Assembly (NCBI GenBank): GCA_964423885.1
Contig: CAYRGD010000004.1
Span: forward strand, 8,319 to 72,318
From: an uncultured Candidatus Saccharibacteria bacterium
GTDB lineage: Bacteria; Patescibacteriota; UBA1384; JACPKC01
DNA: 64,000 nucleotides
Reading direction: 5' to 3'
The translations under genes were made by a program, and so were the position numbers. Positions 1 to 8,203 of the stretch are shown piece by piece (within the stretch, counting starts at the first letter, position 1; every line of letters starts with the position of its first letter). The notes under the pieces are model-generated. The model made no database searches. It was given only the letters and a program-made list of their open reading frames with translations, and was not told the DNA's origin.

Positions 1-37
1 AGAATCCCCCTGAATAGCCAGCGAAACCTATCCCATC

Positions 38-67
38 CACCCTGTCGAAACCGGCAGGGTGTTTTTT
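38..67 (+). terminator. Rho-independent terminator for an upstream + strand gene outside the window: stem CACCCTG/CAGGGTG followed by TTTTTT
   Basis: Inverted repeat 38-44/55-61 followed by a T6 tract at 62-67. Confidence 0.7.
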
Positions 68-75
68 GTTGCCGG

Positions 76-104
76 TTGACAGTACCGCCTGCGCCGTGGC
101 ACAA
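76..104 (+). promoter_or_regulatory. sigma70-like promoter: TTGACA, 17-bp spacer, CACAAT
   Basis: TTGACA at 76-81 and a -10-like CACAAT at 99-104, about 40 nt upstream of the ATG at 146. Confidence 0.45.
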
Positions 105-145
105 TCCCTGGTCGTTTACAACACAACCGAGGAGGAAAGAAGTAT

Positions 146-532
146 ATGAAACACGTGATTATCGTCGAAGACGATCCGGCGGTCCGTACCAGCCAGGCCC
201 GCCTGTGTCGGCAGCAGTTGGGCGAGGTCAATCTTGCCAACCCCGACTCGCTCGACGACCTGGCGGCCCGGGTCGACGCAGGCGACCGGTTCGACCTGGT
301 GATCGCCGACACGGACCTACGGGGTTGGCAGCGCGGCCTGCGCTTCTACGAGCACCCGCTCTTCGCCGCCGTGCTGTCCCGGCTCCGGCCGGATGCCCTG
401 GTGGTCGCTACGAGCGGCGACCCGGACGCGGGCCAGGCGCTCTGCGACCGGGCTACTGCCTTGGGTGCCCGGTGCACGTACATCGGCAAAGCCGACGTGC
501 CCGAGTTCAAGGCGCTGCTCGACTCGCTCTGA
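146..532 (+). CDS. Stand-alone receiver (REC-only) response regulator, CheY-like
   Basis: MKHVIIVEDDP... N-terminus, a conserved acidic pocket (VEDD, D in VIADTD) and no output domain. A terminator follows. Confidence 0.7.
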   Translation: MKHVIIVEDDPAVRTSQARLCRQQLGEVNLANPDSLDDLAARVDAGDRFDLVIADTDLRGWQRGLRFYEHPLFAAVLSRLRPDALVVATSGDPDAGQALCDRATALGARCTYIGKADVPEFKALLDSL

Positions 533-535
533 TCC

Positions 536-570
536 GACCCGGCTCCCATCGGGACGCCGGGTCTTTTCTT
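536..570 (+). terminator. Rho-independent terminator: GACCCGGC...GCCGGGTC followed by TTTTCTT
   Basis: 8-bp GC-rich stem followed by a T-tract immediately after the stop at 532. Confidence 0.7.
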
Positions 571-628
571 GCCGCGCCGCCGTCGGACGGGACCCAGAGT
601 CCTGTCTGACGGAAGGAGCGGAAAGTAG

Positions 629-1063
629 ATGGTATTGGCTTTGATCCTGGCCCCCGCGTCGTTGCGGGCGGCCCAGGCCCGAACCGTGCAGGGGCACGGC
701 TACGGTACGGAAACTCCGGCCACGACCGCGGAACTCACGCAGTTCCTGGCGAGCGGCCGGCCGGTCGACTTGGTACTGCTCGACGAGATGGCGTCGTGGA
801 ACGACGGCGCCGGATTCAGTAACTTTTCGGGGGATATCTTGGAACGGTTACGGGAAGACGGCACGATCGTCTCCACCGAAACCGATCAAGCCGCCGCCGA
901 CCGCATCGCCTTCGAGTTCGTCGAGATGCTCGGCGGCGCGACGCAGAAGCGGTTCCACTTTTTACGCCTGCCCTCGGGCAGGATCGACGACCTGGCGAAG
1001 CTGCTGGAAGACGGGTGGCCGCCGGCTACCTTGGTGAACGGGCGGTTCGTCCGCCACAGCTGA
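629..1063 (+). CDS. Hypothetical protein
   Basis: Canonical SD (GGAAGGAG) 8 nt upstream of the ATG. No recognisable motifs. A terminator follows. Confidence 0.55.
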   Translation: MVLALILAPASLRAAQARTVQGHGYGTETPATTAELTQFLASGRPVDLVLLDEMASWNDGAGFSNFSGDILERLREDGTIVSTETDQAAADRIAFEFVEMLGGATQKRFHFLRLPSGRIDDLAKLLEDGWPPATLVNGRFVRHS

Positions 1064-1077
1064 CCCTTGCCCTTGTG

Positions 1078-1109
1078 CCCGCTGCTCCTTCGGGATAGCG
1101 GGCTTTTTC
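1078..1109 (+). terminator. Rho-independent terminator: CCCGCT...AGCGGG followed by CTTTTTC
   Basis: Hairpin followed by a T-tract after the stop at 1063. Confidence 0.65.
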
Positions 1110-1122
1110 ATGCCCGTTCATC

Positions 1123-1152
1123 TTGACAGCACGAGCCACCTGACCGTATACT
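1123..1152 (+). promoter_or_regulatory. sigma70-like promoter: TTGACA, 18-bp spacer, TATACT
   Basis: TTGACA at 1123-1128 and TATACT at 1147-1152, about 50 nt upstream of the ORF starting at 1202. Confidence 0.6.
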
Positions 1153-1201
1153 GCGGTGTCCCTCTTGAGAGGGAATTTTACAAAAAGGTAGGTAAAAACG
1201 C

Positions 1202-2227
1202 TTGTTACGTAACATTGATTCGTGCGAGATCGAGATCGAGATCGACAGCCTGGGGAGGCGGGCCACATTGGTGACCACGCGCCCGGATCTTGCGCACAAC
1301 GCGGCGACCCTGCTATTCGCGTGCGAACGCGAGGAGCCGGCGATCGCACCGTTCTCGCCGTCGGCCGAGCGGAAACTCATCGACGACGGGTTCGATAAAA
1401 GCCTGCGCGGCGAGTGGCGGAGCTACTGCTATGCGGTGATCCGCGAGGATGACCGCGAGGGTCTCACCGACCAACTCTTCGATCTCATGGGCGCAGAACA
1501 TCTATTGGGGCGGGCGCTCCACCTTCGTAACTGGATGACCGACCCGAACGCCTACGCTGAACGGTCGTGGCAGGTGAGCGCCTTCACGTTGCTCGCCGAG
1601 CTCGAACGGGATATCGTCCGGCTTCGGCAGCGGCTACCGGCGGGACGTCCGCAGGATGTCGACGACTTCACCCAGCAGTGTCTGTTCGGTGAAGTTGACG
1701 CGATTATCCGACAGCTGCGCAAGATCCTGCCACTCGTGGAATGGGGGATGTTTCGGCGTCGGTACGTCGAACTTGTGGGCGATGCCCGTGTCGATGCCGA
1801 GGCTGCCCAGCTCCTGACCGCAAAGGCGGCCCAGGGCCTGACCGACTGTCCAACGGCGTTCCAGCTATCCCACGGGCCGGACTTTCTGACCGTGTCACTC
1901 GTAGACGTGATTCCTGGTTGGACGGTCGTGTCCGTGCTGACGAGCCAACGGCGGCACGGCAACCTTCCCTTCTTCTACTCGGAGTCAGGGATGCGGTTCG
2001 TGGCCAAGAATCTCAATCCGCCGGGCAGGACCGGCCTAGAAGCACCGAGGGTGCCGGGCGTCCTGCGTTTCGGCGACTACGTGAAGCCTCTTGAAGAGGG
2101 CTACATGTGGCTCAAGACCAAGGCCCTCGAAACGCGGCCCGAAGCGCGTTCGTTCTGTTCGGCACCGACCAAGCAGTTCGTGAAGCTCCTCGAGGCACCG
2201 ACCGGTGCGTTCGTCGGTTTCATCTAG
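1202..2227 (+). CDS. Hypothetical protein with a TTG start. It contains a (GAGATC)x3 hexamer repeat encoding EIEIEI.
   Basis: 341-aa ORF placed between a promoter and a terminator. No recognisable motifs. Confidence 0.5.
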   Translation: MLRNIDSCEIEIEIDSLGRRATLVTTRPDLAHNAATLLFACEREEPAIAPFSPSAERKLIDDGFDKSLRGEWRSYCYAVIREDDREGLTDQLFDLMGAEHLLGRALHLRNWMTDPNAYAERSWQVSAFTLLAELERDIVRLRQRLPAGRPQDVDDFTQQCLFGEVDAIIRQLRKILPLVEWGMFRRRYVELVGDARVDAEAAQLLTAKAAQGLTDCPTAFQLSHGPDFLTVSLVDVIPGWTVVSVLTSQRRHGNLPFFYSESGMRFVAKNLNPPGRTGLEAPRVPGVLRFGDYVKPLEEGYMWLKTKALETRPEARSFCSAPTKQFVKLLEAPTGAFVGFI

Positions 2228-2244
2228 TCGTTCCTTCTTACCTG

Positions 2245-2278
2245 ACCCGGCTCGCCTCGTGCGGCCGGGTTTTTTCTT
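2245..2278 (+). terminator. Rho-independent terminator: ACCCGGC...GCCGGGT followed by TTTTTT
   Basis: Hairpin plus T6 after the stop at 2227. Confidence 0.7.
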
Positions 2279-2320
2279 GCCCAAACGCGCCGGCCTGCGT
2301 ATACTTCACTCCTGTTCTTG

Positions 2321-2412
2321 GGTGAGGTGGCTGAGTGGCCGAAAGCAGCGCACTGCTAATGCGTTGACCTCGTAACAGGGGTCCGTGGGTTCGAATCCCA
2401 CCCTCACCGCCA
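2321..2412 (+). tRNA. tRNA-Ser: tRNA-Ser (anticodon GCT) with a long variable arm
   Basis: GGTGAGG acceptor stem, anticodon loop CTGCTAA, long extra arm, GGTTCGAATCC T-loop and a 3' CCA. Confidence 0.85.
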
Positions 2413-2424
2413 CCGAACGAACGT

Positions 2425-2501
2425 GTTCCCGTAGCTCAGCTGGATAGAGCGTCAGCTTGCGGAGCTGAAGGTCGCAGGTTCAAATCCTGCCGGGAACGCC
2501 A
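2425..2501 (+). tRNA. tRNA-Arg: tRNA-Arg with a genome-encoded GCG anticodon (hand-folded)
   Basis: Cloverleaf: acceptor GTTCCCG/CGGGAAC, D-arm GCTCAGCTGGATAGAGC, anticodon stem TCAGC/GCTGA with loop TTGCGGA, T-loop TTCAAAT, 3' CCA. Confidence 0.7.
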
Positions 2502-2504
2502 TCT

Positions 2505-2581
2505 GTCCCTATAGCTCAGCTGGATAGAGCGTCAGCTTCCGGAGCTGAAGGCCGGGGGTTCGAATCCCTCTGGGGACGCCA
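2505..2581 (+). tRNA. tRNA-Arg: tRNA-Arg (anticodon CCG)
   Basis: Same D-arm and anticodon stem as the previous tRNA, anticodon loop TTCCGGA, T-loop TTCGAAT, 3' CCA. Confidence 0.8.
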
Positions 2582-2596
2582 GGATACCAATCGGAA

Positions 2597-2624
2597 CACC
2601 GCGCATGCCGCGCGGTGTTTTTCG
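2597..2624 (+). terminator. Rho-independent terminator after the tRNA cluster: CACCGCGC...GCGCGGTG followed by TTTTT
   Basis: 8-bp stem plus T5. It lies inside the ORF-track 5' extension of the next gene and argues against that extension. Confidence 0.7.
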
Positions 2625-2640
2625 GTATAGTGCAGGCTGC

Positions 2641-3645
2641 ATGAGGATCGCGATCGACGTGACCGAGGCGGCGGGCGGGACGCTGCTGCGTGCCCTGGAA
2701 CGGGCCGACCGCCGGCACGAGTTCGTGGGTTTGGTGCCAGTCCGGCCGACACGGACGCCGCTTGGCCGGTGGTGGTGGGAACAGGTCGGGCTGCCGACCG
2801 CCGCGCGTCGGGCCGGGGCGGAAGTGCTCCACCAGCCGGCCGGGTCGCCGCCACGCTTTCGGGGGTGGCGGGGGGTCGGGAGGGTCGACGACCCGCGGGA
2901 CCGCCGGCGGACGAGGTTTATCCCGTTCGCGGCCCAGACGGTCGTCCGGTCCGAGGCGGCCAAGGACGTGCTTGCCAGCCGGGCCACGTACCTTCCTGCC
3001 AGGGTACGCGTGGTCTACGCGGCAACCGACGCTGGTGCCGCCCACGTCCGTGCGCCCGAGCTCGCGCGGCGGACGCGGGAACGCTACGGCCTGGGCGAGC
3101 GCTACCTCTTATCCCCCGACCCGGCCGCGATCCACGACGCGGACTTCCTGCTCCGTGTCTTCGTCGGCGTCCGCACGAAAGTCCGGCGGCCGGTGACGCT
3201 CGCGCTCCGGGTCGACGGCGCTCGGGCGCTCGGGCCGCTCCTGGAACGGATCCGTGACCTCGGCCTCGCCCACGTGGTGAGGCTCCTGCCTGCCGTGCCC
3301 GACCGCGACTGGCCGCTCATCCTGGCCGGTGCCGCGGCCGCGGTCTTTCCTCGGCGCGACGATCTGGTTGCCAGCGCGCCGCTCGCCGTGCTGGCGTACG
3401 GCCTGCCGACGGTCGCTGCCGCTGCGGGCGCGATCCCCGAGCTCGTGGGGCCGGCCGCCATCCTCGTGCCGCCCGACGACGCGGCCGCCTGGACGAAGGC
3501 GCTCGCCGGACTCATGGCCGACGCGGCGCTCCGGCGCGACTACGCCGGGCGGGCGGCCAAGCAGGCCCGGCGGTTCAGTTGGGAGCGGGCCGCGCGCGAG
3601 ACGGTGCGCGTCTATGAGCGGGCGCTACGTGACCGTCGGCCCTAG
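2641..3645 (+). CDS. Glycosyltransferase family 4 (GT1-fold, RfaG-like)
   Basis: MRIAIDV... start. C-terminal GT4 signature (retaining GT-B C-domain with a conserved E in ...GLPTVAAAAGAIPELV...). TATAGT 9 nt upstream of the ATG. Confidence 0.75.
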   Translation: MRIAIDVTEAAGGTLLRALERADRRHEFVGLVPVRPTRTPLGRWWWEQVGLPTAARRAGAEVLHQPAGSPPRFRGWRGVGRVDDPRDRRRTRFIPFAAQTVVRSEAAKDVLASRATYLPARVRVVYAATDAGAAHVRAPELARRTRERYGLGERYLLSPDPAAIHDADFLLRVFVGVRTKVRRPVTLALRVDGARALGPLLERIRDLGLAHVVRLLPAVPDRDWPLILAGAAAAVFPRRDDLVASAPLAVLAYGLPTVAAAAGAIPELVGPAAILVPPDDAAAWTKALAGLMADAALRRDYAGRAAKQARRFSWERAARETVRVYERALRDRRP

Positions 3646-3675
3646 CGCGGCAGCCTATCCGGTATACTGGTGCCG

Positions 3676-4971
3676 ATGTCCATAAAGAGCACCCTCAAGG
3701 CCGCTGTCCCGCCGGGACTCCGCGACGCCTACCACCGTGCGCAGGCGTCGGTTGCCGCGGCAGCCTACGGGAATCCCGCTGCCCGGCTCCAGGTCTACGG
3801 CGTGACTGGGACGAACGGCAAGACCACGACCTGCTTCTTCCTCCGCTCGATCCTGACGGCCGCGCGGCGCCAGGCCGGCCTCGCGACGACGGTCCGCCTG
3901 TCCGACGGCGTCCACGACGACCGCAACGACCGCAAGATGACGACCATGCCGGCCCGTGACCTGCAGGCGCTGCTCCGCCGGATGGTGGGTGCCGGCAGCA
4001 CGGCCGCCGTGCTCGAGGTGACCTCGCACGCGCTCGCGCAGCACCGGGTGGCCGGAATCCCGTTCGACACGGTGGTGTTCACGAACCTGACCCACGACCA
4101 CCTCGATTACCACAAGACACCCGAGGCCTACCAAGCCGCCAAGGAACGCCTGTTCGCCCTGCCGCACCGCGTGAGCGTGGTCAACGCCGACGACCCGCGC
4201 GGTGCTGCCTTCCTCGCCTATCCGGCGGCACGGCGGCTGACCTTTTCGCTCACCCAGGACGCCGACGTGCGGGCGAGCGCGATCCGCGCCGACGGCGCCG
4301 GGACGCGCTTCACGCTCGCGGTTGCCGGCGAGGAGCAGCCGGTCCGGCTCCGGTTGCCCGGCCGGTTCAACGTGGCCAACGCCGTAGCCGCTGCAGCGGC
4401 AGCGCACGGCAGCAACATCCCACTTATGACGATCGTCGCCGGGCTCGAAGCGGTCGGGGCAGTGCCGGGCCGGCTCGAGCCGATCGAGGCCGGGCAGCCG
4501 TTCCGCGTGCTCATCGACTACGCCCACACCCCGGACGCCTTGAAGCAGCTGTTCGAGACGGTAAAGCCCGGCACGACGGGCCGGCTGATCCATGTGGGCG
4601 GCGCGACCGGCAACCGCGACCGCACCAAGCGGCCGCTTCTGGGCGCCATTGCGGCCCAGTTCGCCGACATCCTTATCGTGACGAACGAGGATCCCGACGA
4701 TGAGGATCCGCGCGCGATCATCGACGCTGTCGTCGAGGGTGTCCGCCGGGGCGCGGGGACGCGCAAGCGGCTCGTCAAGCACGAGAACTTTTTCGTGATC
4801 GAGGACCGGGCCGAGGCGATCCGCACCGCGTTGCGTCTGGCCGAGCCGGGCGACACGGTGCTCGTGACCGGCAAGGGCGACGAGTCGGCCATGATGGTGC
4901 GCGGCCGGCTGACGCCGTATTCCGACCGTGAGACGATCCTGGCGGCGCTTACAGGACAAGGGCAGCGATAA
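3676..4971 (+). CDS. murE: UDP-N-acetylmuramoyl-L-alanyl-D-glutamate--2,6-diaminopimelate (or L-Lys) ligase MurE with a short N-terminal domain. An alternative GTG start lies at 3670.
   Basis: P-loop GTNGKTT, DYAHTPDAL, a C-terminal ...NEDPDDEDPRAI (DNPR-like motif) and a GKGDE box, collinear with E. coli MurE. Confidence 0.75.
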   Translation: MSIKSTLKAAVPPGLRDAYHRAQASVAAAAYGNPAARLQVYGVTGTNGKTTTCFFLRSILTAARRQAGLATTVRLSDGVHDDRNDRKMTTMPARDLQALLRRMVGAGSTAAVLEVTSHALAQHRVAGIPFDTVVFTNLTHDHLDYHKTPEAYQAAKERLFALPHRVSVVNADDPRGAAFLAYPAARRLTFSLTQDADVRASAIRADGAGTRFTLAVAGEEQPVRLRLPGRFNVANAVAAAAAAHGSNIPLMTIVAGLEAVGAVPGRLEPIEAGQPFRVLIDYAHTPDALKQLFETVKPGTTGRLIHVGGATGNRDRTKRPLLGAIAAQFADILIVTNEDPDDEDPRAIIDAVVEGVRRGAGTRKRLVKHENFFVIEDRAEAIRTALRLAEPGDTVLVTGKGDESAMMVRGRLTPYSDRETILAALTGQGQR

Positions 4972-6193
4972 GCCACCAGGACAGGGCCAGGTCGTTCTTC
5001 CAGAACGGCGTGTCGACGAACCCGTAGGCGAGCACGGCGACGAGCATCGCGAGGCCGACACCGGCGAGCGTTCCGGTGTGTGCGGCGCGTCCGCGGCGGA
5101 CAAGGAGCCACGAGAGCCAGAGCGGGCCCAAGAGACCCATGAGCCCGGCATTGAGCCAGAAGGCCAGGTAAAGGTTGTGCGGGTGGAGGACGACCCAGTC
5201 GATCGGGGAGTCGCCGAGGACGGTCGGCGCCGTGAGCGGCCACTGGGTTTCGAACTGGCCGAGCCCGATGCCGAGGAGCGGATGTGTCAGCGCGAGCCGG
5301 GTGCTCACTTGGTAGATTTGCAGCCGGATGTGGGTCGACGTCGGCCCGGCGGTATCGAAGAAGCGCTGGAACTTGTCGGTGCCGATCTGGCTCACGAGCA
5401 CCAAGAGGCTCACGGCCGCGACGGCGCCGACGGCCCGGGCTTTCGTCCGCAGCGTGAGCGTGCGGTCGAGCAGCAGGCCGGCGCCGATCCCCACGGCCGT
5501 GGCGGCGAGGCCCGCGTACGAGCGGCTGCAGGCGAGTCCGGCGATGAGGAGCACTGCGGCCAGGGTCCAGCCCCGGCATCCGGCGGTGCCCGCTGCGCGG
5601 CGGGCCATGAGCGCCGCGCCGACCGCGACCGGCGTGAGGTAGAGCGACAGGTAGTTCGCCGACTCGAACGGCCCGGCGGCCCGGCTGTCGAACGTCGTGT
5701 AGGTGCCGGTCACCGCCTGCCAGAGCGCCCAGAGCGCCAAGACGATGCCGCCGTCGGCGAAGGCCCGGAGCGCCCGCGTCTTCCAGGCCTCGGTCCGTTC
5801 AAGGAGCATGGCGAGCAGCCAGTAGAGGAACGGCCCGGCCACGAACCCTTTCCAGACACCGAGCGCGATCCGGCGGGCCTCGACCGGGCCGTCGAGCCCG
5901 GCCGTGACCGCGGGGACAATGAGAGCGCCCACTGTCGCGCCAATGAGGATAAGCAGTGCCGGCCAGAGCGGCTGTTGCCACCAGGGCAGGCCGCGCGGTA
6001 GCAGGCGGCGGGCGTCGAGGAGGTCGCGGCGGGCAACCAGCGTTGCCAGTGCCGTGCCGACGATCAGCACCTCGGCGAGGGTGGTCGGCACCGGCCCGAC
6101 CGAGAACCGCACGAGGTAGAGCGGGAAGAGGGCGGGCAGGAACGCCAGCCAGGCCTGCCAGGGATCGGTCCGGTATCGCTCGGAGTGGGTCAT
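4949..6193 (-). CDS. O-antigen ligase / Wzy-like polymerase family membrane protein
   Basis: About 10 TM segments with a large periplasmic loop carrying ...HPHNLYLAFWLNAGLMGL... (Wzy_C-like H...N.YL). Confidence 0.6.
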   Translation of the reverse strand: MTHSERYRTDPWQAWLAFLPALFPLYLVRFSVGPVPTTLAEVLIVGTALATLVARRDLLDARRLLPRGLPWWQQPLWPALLILIGATVGALIVPAVTAGLDGPVEARRIALGVWKGFVAGPFLYWLLAMLLERTEAWKTRALRAFADGGIVLALWALWQAVTGTYTTFDSRAAGPFESANYLSLYLTPVAVGAALMARRAAGTAGCRGWTLAAVLLIAGLACSRSYAGLAATAVGIGAGLLLDRTLTLRTKARAVGAVAAVSLLVLVSQIGTDKFQRFFDTAGPTSTHIRLQIYQVSTRLALTHPLLGIGLGQFETQWPLTAPTVLGDSPIDWVVLHPHNLYLAFWLNAGLMGLLGPLWLSWLLVRRGRAAHTGTLAGVGLAMLVAVLAYGFVDTPFWKNDLALSWWLIAALVL

Positions 6194-6201
6194 CAGGTAG
6201 A

Positions 6202-7590
6202 ATGCAACCGATGTTCTTGTTATCGTCCCAGAAAGCGGCCATTGCGGCCAGTCTGTTCCTGCTCGGGTGCGGTGCCGCCTGGTTCATGGGCGGCGCTGCC
6301 GGTGTCGCGGCCCTCATGCTTGCCGCAGCCGCGATCGGCGTCTTCGCCATCGGGATCCGGTCTGCGCGGTTCATGCTCGCTGTCGTCGCCCTGGCGCTCG
6401 TCGCCGGCCAACTTGTCCGCGTCCCGGTGGCCGAGGGCGCCGATTCCTCGATCCTCGCCATCGACCTGGCCCTCGGGTTGTTCGTGGTCGGCGGGGGTGT
6501 CATGGCCGCGCTCCGCCGGCTGCCGTTCCCGATGACCCGTTCCGTCGCGTTCCTGCTCGCCTTCTGTTGTTGGCTGCCCGTTCCCCTCGCGCTCAATGCC
6601 CATCTCTTGAGCAGCCGTGAGCTCCTGCTGGCCGGACTCTACGCCATGCGGTTCCTGTTCCTGGCCGGGGCGTTCGTGGTCGCGGCCTGGCTTGTCCGCA
6701 CGCCCGGCGACCGTCGCCAGCTGGCCACCGCGCTCGGCTATGCCGCCACCGCGCTCGTCGGCTTGGGTTTCGTGCAACGCGTCCTGCTGCCTGACATCGG
6801 GTTCTTGGCTGCGTACGGCTGGGATCCGCATCAGAACCGGCTGTTGTCCACGTTCGTCGACCCCAACTTCTTCGGGATGTTTCTGGTGATGGTGCACACG
6901 GTGCTCCTGGCAGCCGTGCTCGACGCGAAGCAGCGCCGCCCATTCCTCATCGGCCTGCTCGCGGCGGTGCTCTTGGCGATCGTGCTGACGCTGTCGCGGA
7001 GCACCTACCTGGCGCTCGTTGTCGCGAGCTCGGTGGTGCTGCTCATCCGCTCCTGGCGGTCGTGGGTCGTCCTAGCGGTCTGTTTCGCGCTCGCGTTGGG
7101 CGCGAATCCCACGGTCCGCGCGCGGATCGCGGACGCGTTCGCCCTCGACGACACCAGCCGGTTCAGGATCCAGTCCTGGGTCGAAACCCTTGAGGTCGCC
7201 GAGCGCGCCCCGCTGGTAGGCGTCGGCTACAACGCATTGGGGCCGGCCCGCATACGGCTGGGGTACCTCACTGACTTGACCGGCCACTCGGCCCAAGGGA
7301 GCGATTCGAGCCTCATTCTCATCTTCGTGACGACCGGGCTCGTCGGCCTCGCGCTCTACGTGGCATTCCTGGGCTCGCTGCTTATCGAGTGCTGGGCGGT
7401 CTGGCGGCGCGACAAGGATCCGCTCGCGCGGCTCGCCGCGCTTGCGCTCTTGGGGATCGTGCCGGCGTACGTGGTCGACAGCCAGTTCGTGAACGGGCTC
7501 TTGTACCCGCTGCTGCTCGTACCGTTCAGTCTGCTTGCTGGGCCGGTCGCGGCGCGAACCGGTCGAGCGCGAACGTTGCCAGGAAGGTGA
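6202..7590 (+). CDS. O-antigen ligase / Wzy-like membrane protein, paralog of the neighbouring gene
   Basis: Multi-TM protein with a loop motif ...LTGHSAQGSDSSLILIFVTTGLVGLALYV. The start is taken at MQPMFLL; the upstream ORF extension is rejected. Confidence 0.55.
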   Translation: MQPMFLLSSQKAAIAASLFLLGCGAAWFMGGAAGVAALMLAAAAIGVFAIGIRSARFMLAVVALALVAGQLVRVPVAEGADSSILAIDLALGLFVVGGGVMAALRRLPFPMTRSVAFLLAFCCWLPVPLALNAHLLSSRELLLAGLYAMRFLFLAGAFVVAAWLVRTPGDRRQLATALGYAATALVGLGFVQRVLLPDIGFLAAYGWDPHQNRLLSTFVDPNFFGMFLVMVHTVLLAAVLDAKQRRPFLIGLLAAVLLAIVLTLSRSTYLALVVASSVVLLIRSWRSWVVLAVCFALALGANPTVRARIADAFALDDTSRFRIQSWVETLEVAERAPLVGVGYNALGPARIRLGYLTDLTGHSAQGSDSSLILIFVTTGLVGLALYVAFLGSLLIECWAVWRRDKDPLARLAALALLGIVPAYVVDSQFVNGLLYPLLLVPFSLLAGPVAARTGRARTLPGR

Positions 7591-8143
7591 GTGCGAGGAC
7601 CGTCAGCGCGACGCCGAGCGTGACGAGGAGCAGCGAGGGGCGGAGCGCTTGCACCGAGACATCCGAAAAGAGCAGGCCGTGCTGGGCGGTCGGGAAGGCG
7701 AGGCTGGCGGTCTTGACCGCCTCGGCCAAGGAACGGGCCTCGGCTTCGGATGGCCGCGAGACGGCGATCGTGGCGCTGTTGGCCTGTTCGGTCGTGACCG
7801 CGGCGAAGGTCTTGGCGAGCTCGGCGGCCGAACCGGTCGGCGCCGTCAGGCCGGCAGCGGCGAAGGTCGCCTGCACCGTGGCCGGTTCGCCCAGCCAGGC
7901 CAGGTAGTTGCTCTTCTCGCGGTTGGCCGCCAAGAGCGCGTAGTAGCTGTCATACAGATAAAAGGGCGTCGTTTCCTGTTGCAAGGGCGAGTTCGTCGCG
8001 AAGGTGGCCGTGACGACGCCTTGGTAGGTAGGCGGCAGGGCCCGGGCTGTGCCGAGGCCGAGGAGCGTGCCCGCGACGGCCGCGCCGAGCCACACGGGCG
8101 CGAAACGGCGGACGAACTGGTCGGCGTGGTCGGTAGGCTGCAT
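7526..8143 (-). CDS. Possible short Wzz-like polysaccharide co-polymerase (TM, periplasmic domain, TM)
   Basis: N- and C-terminal hydrophobic segments flank an Ala/Thr-rich domain of about 150 aa. Convergent 65-nt overlap with the preceding gene. Confidence 0.35.
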   Translation of the reverse strand: MQPTDHADQFVRRFAPVWLGAAVAGTLLGLGTARALPPTYQGVVTATFATNSPLQQETTPFYLYDSYYALLAANREKSNYLAWLGEPATVQATFAAAGLTAPTGSAAELAKTFAAVTTEQANSATIAVSRPSEAEARSLAEAVKTASLAFPTAQHGLLFSDVSVQALRPSLLLVTLGVALTVLALTFLATFALDRFAPRPAQQAD

Positions 8144-8203
8144 GATGCCAGTGTACCTGTCGGGCCCCGGTCCGTCCATCCGTTTGGTACAATCACGGCG
8201 ATC

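Noticed and set aside
28-312. Minus-strand 94-aa ORF at the left edge
   Set aside because: It overlaps the terminator, the promoter and the N-terminus of the receiver gene. It is Arg/Ser-rich low-complexity sequence typical of antisense GC-rich DNA.
2605-2640. 5' extension of the GT4 gene from the six-frame track
   Set aside because: The extension contains the Rho-independent terminator (2597-2624) and a -10 box. The conserved GT4 N-terminus starts at MRIAIDV (2641).
3655-5151. Long antisense ORFs on the minus strand. Examples are 3655-5151, 8246-9838, 14429-16693, 20449-23145, 27885-30059, 18672-20042, 24797-25462 and 26671-28137.
   Set aside because: These are typical stop-codon-poor reverse frames of high-GC coding DNA. 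Each lies opposite a + strand gene with clear family signatures. They have no RBS or promoter context and no recognisable motifs.
5956-6201. Upstream extension of the second Wzy gene
   Set aside because: It is Arg/Gly-rich, non-membrane and overlaps the divergent Wzy gene. The hydrophobic body starts at MQPMFLL (6202).
7535-8203. 670-nt N-terminal extension of the secreted-protein ORF (7535..9943)
   Set aside because: The extension is Arg/Glu-rich low complexity and overlaps the convergent genes. A textbook signal peptide begins at the ATG at 8204.
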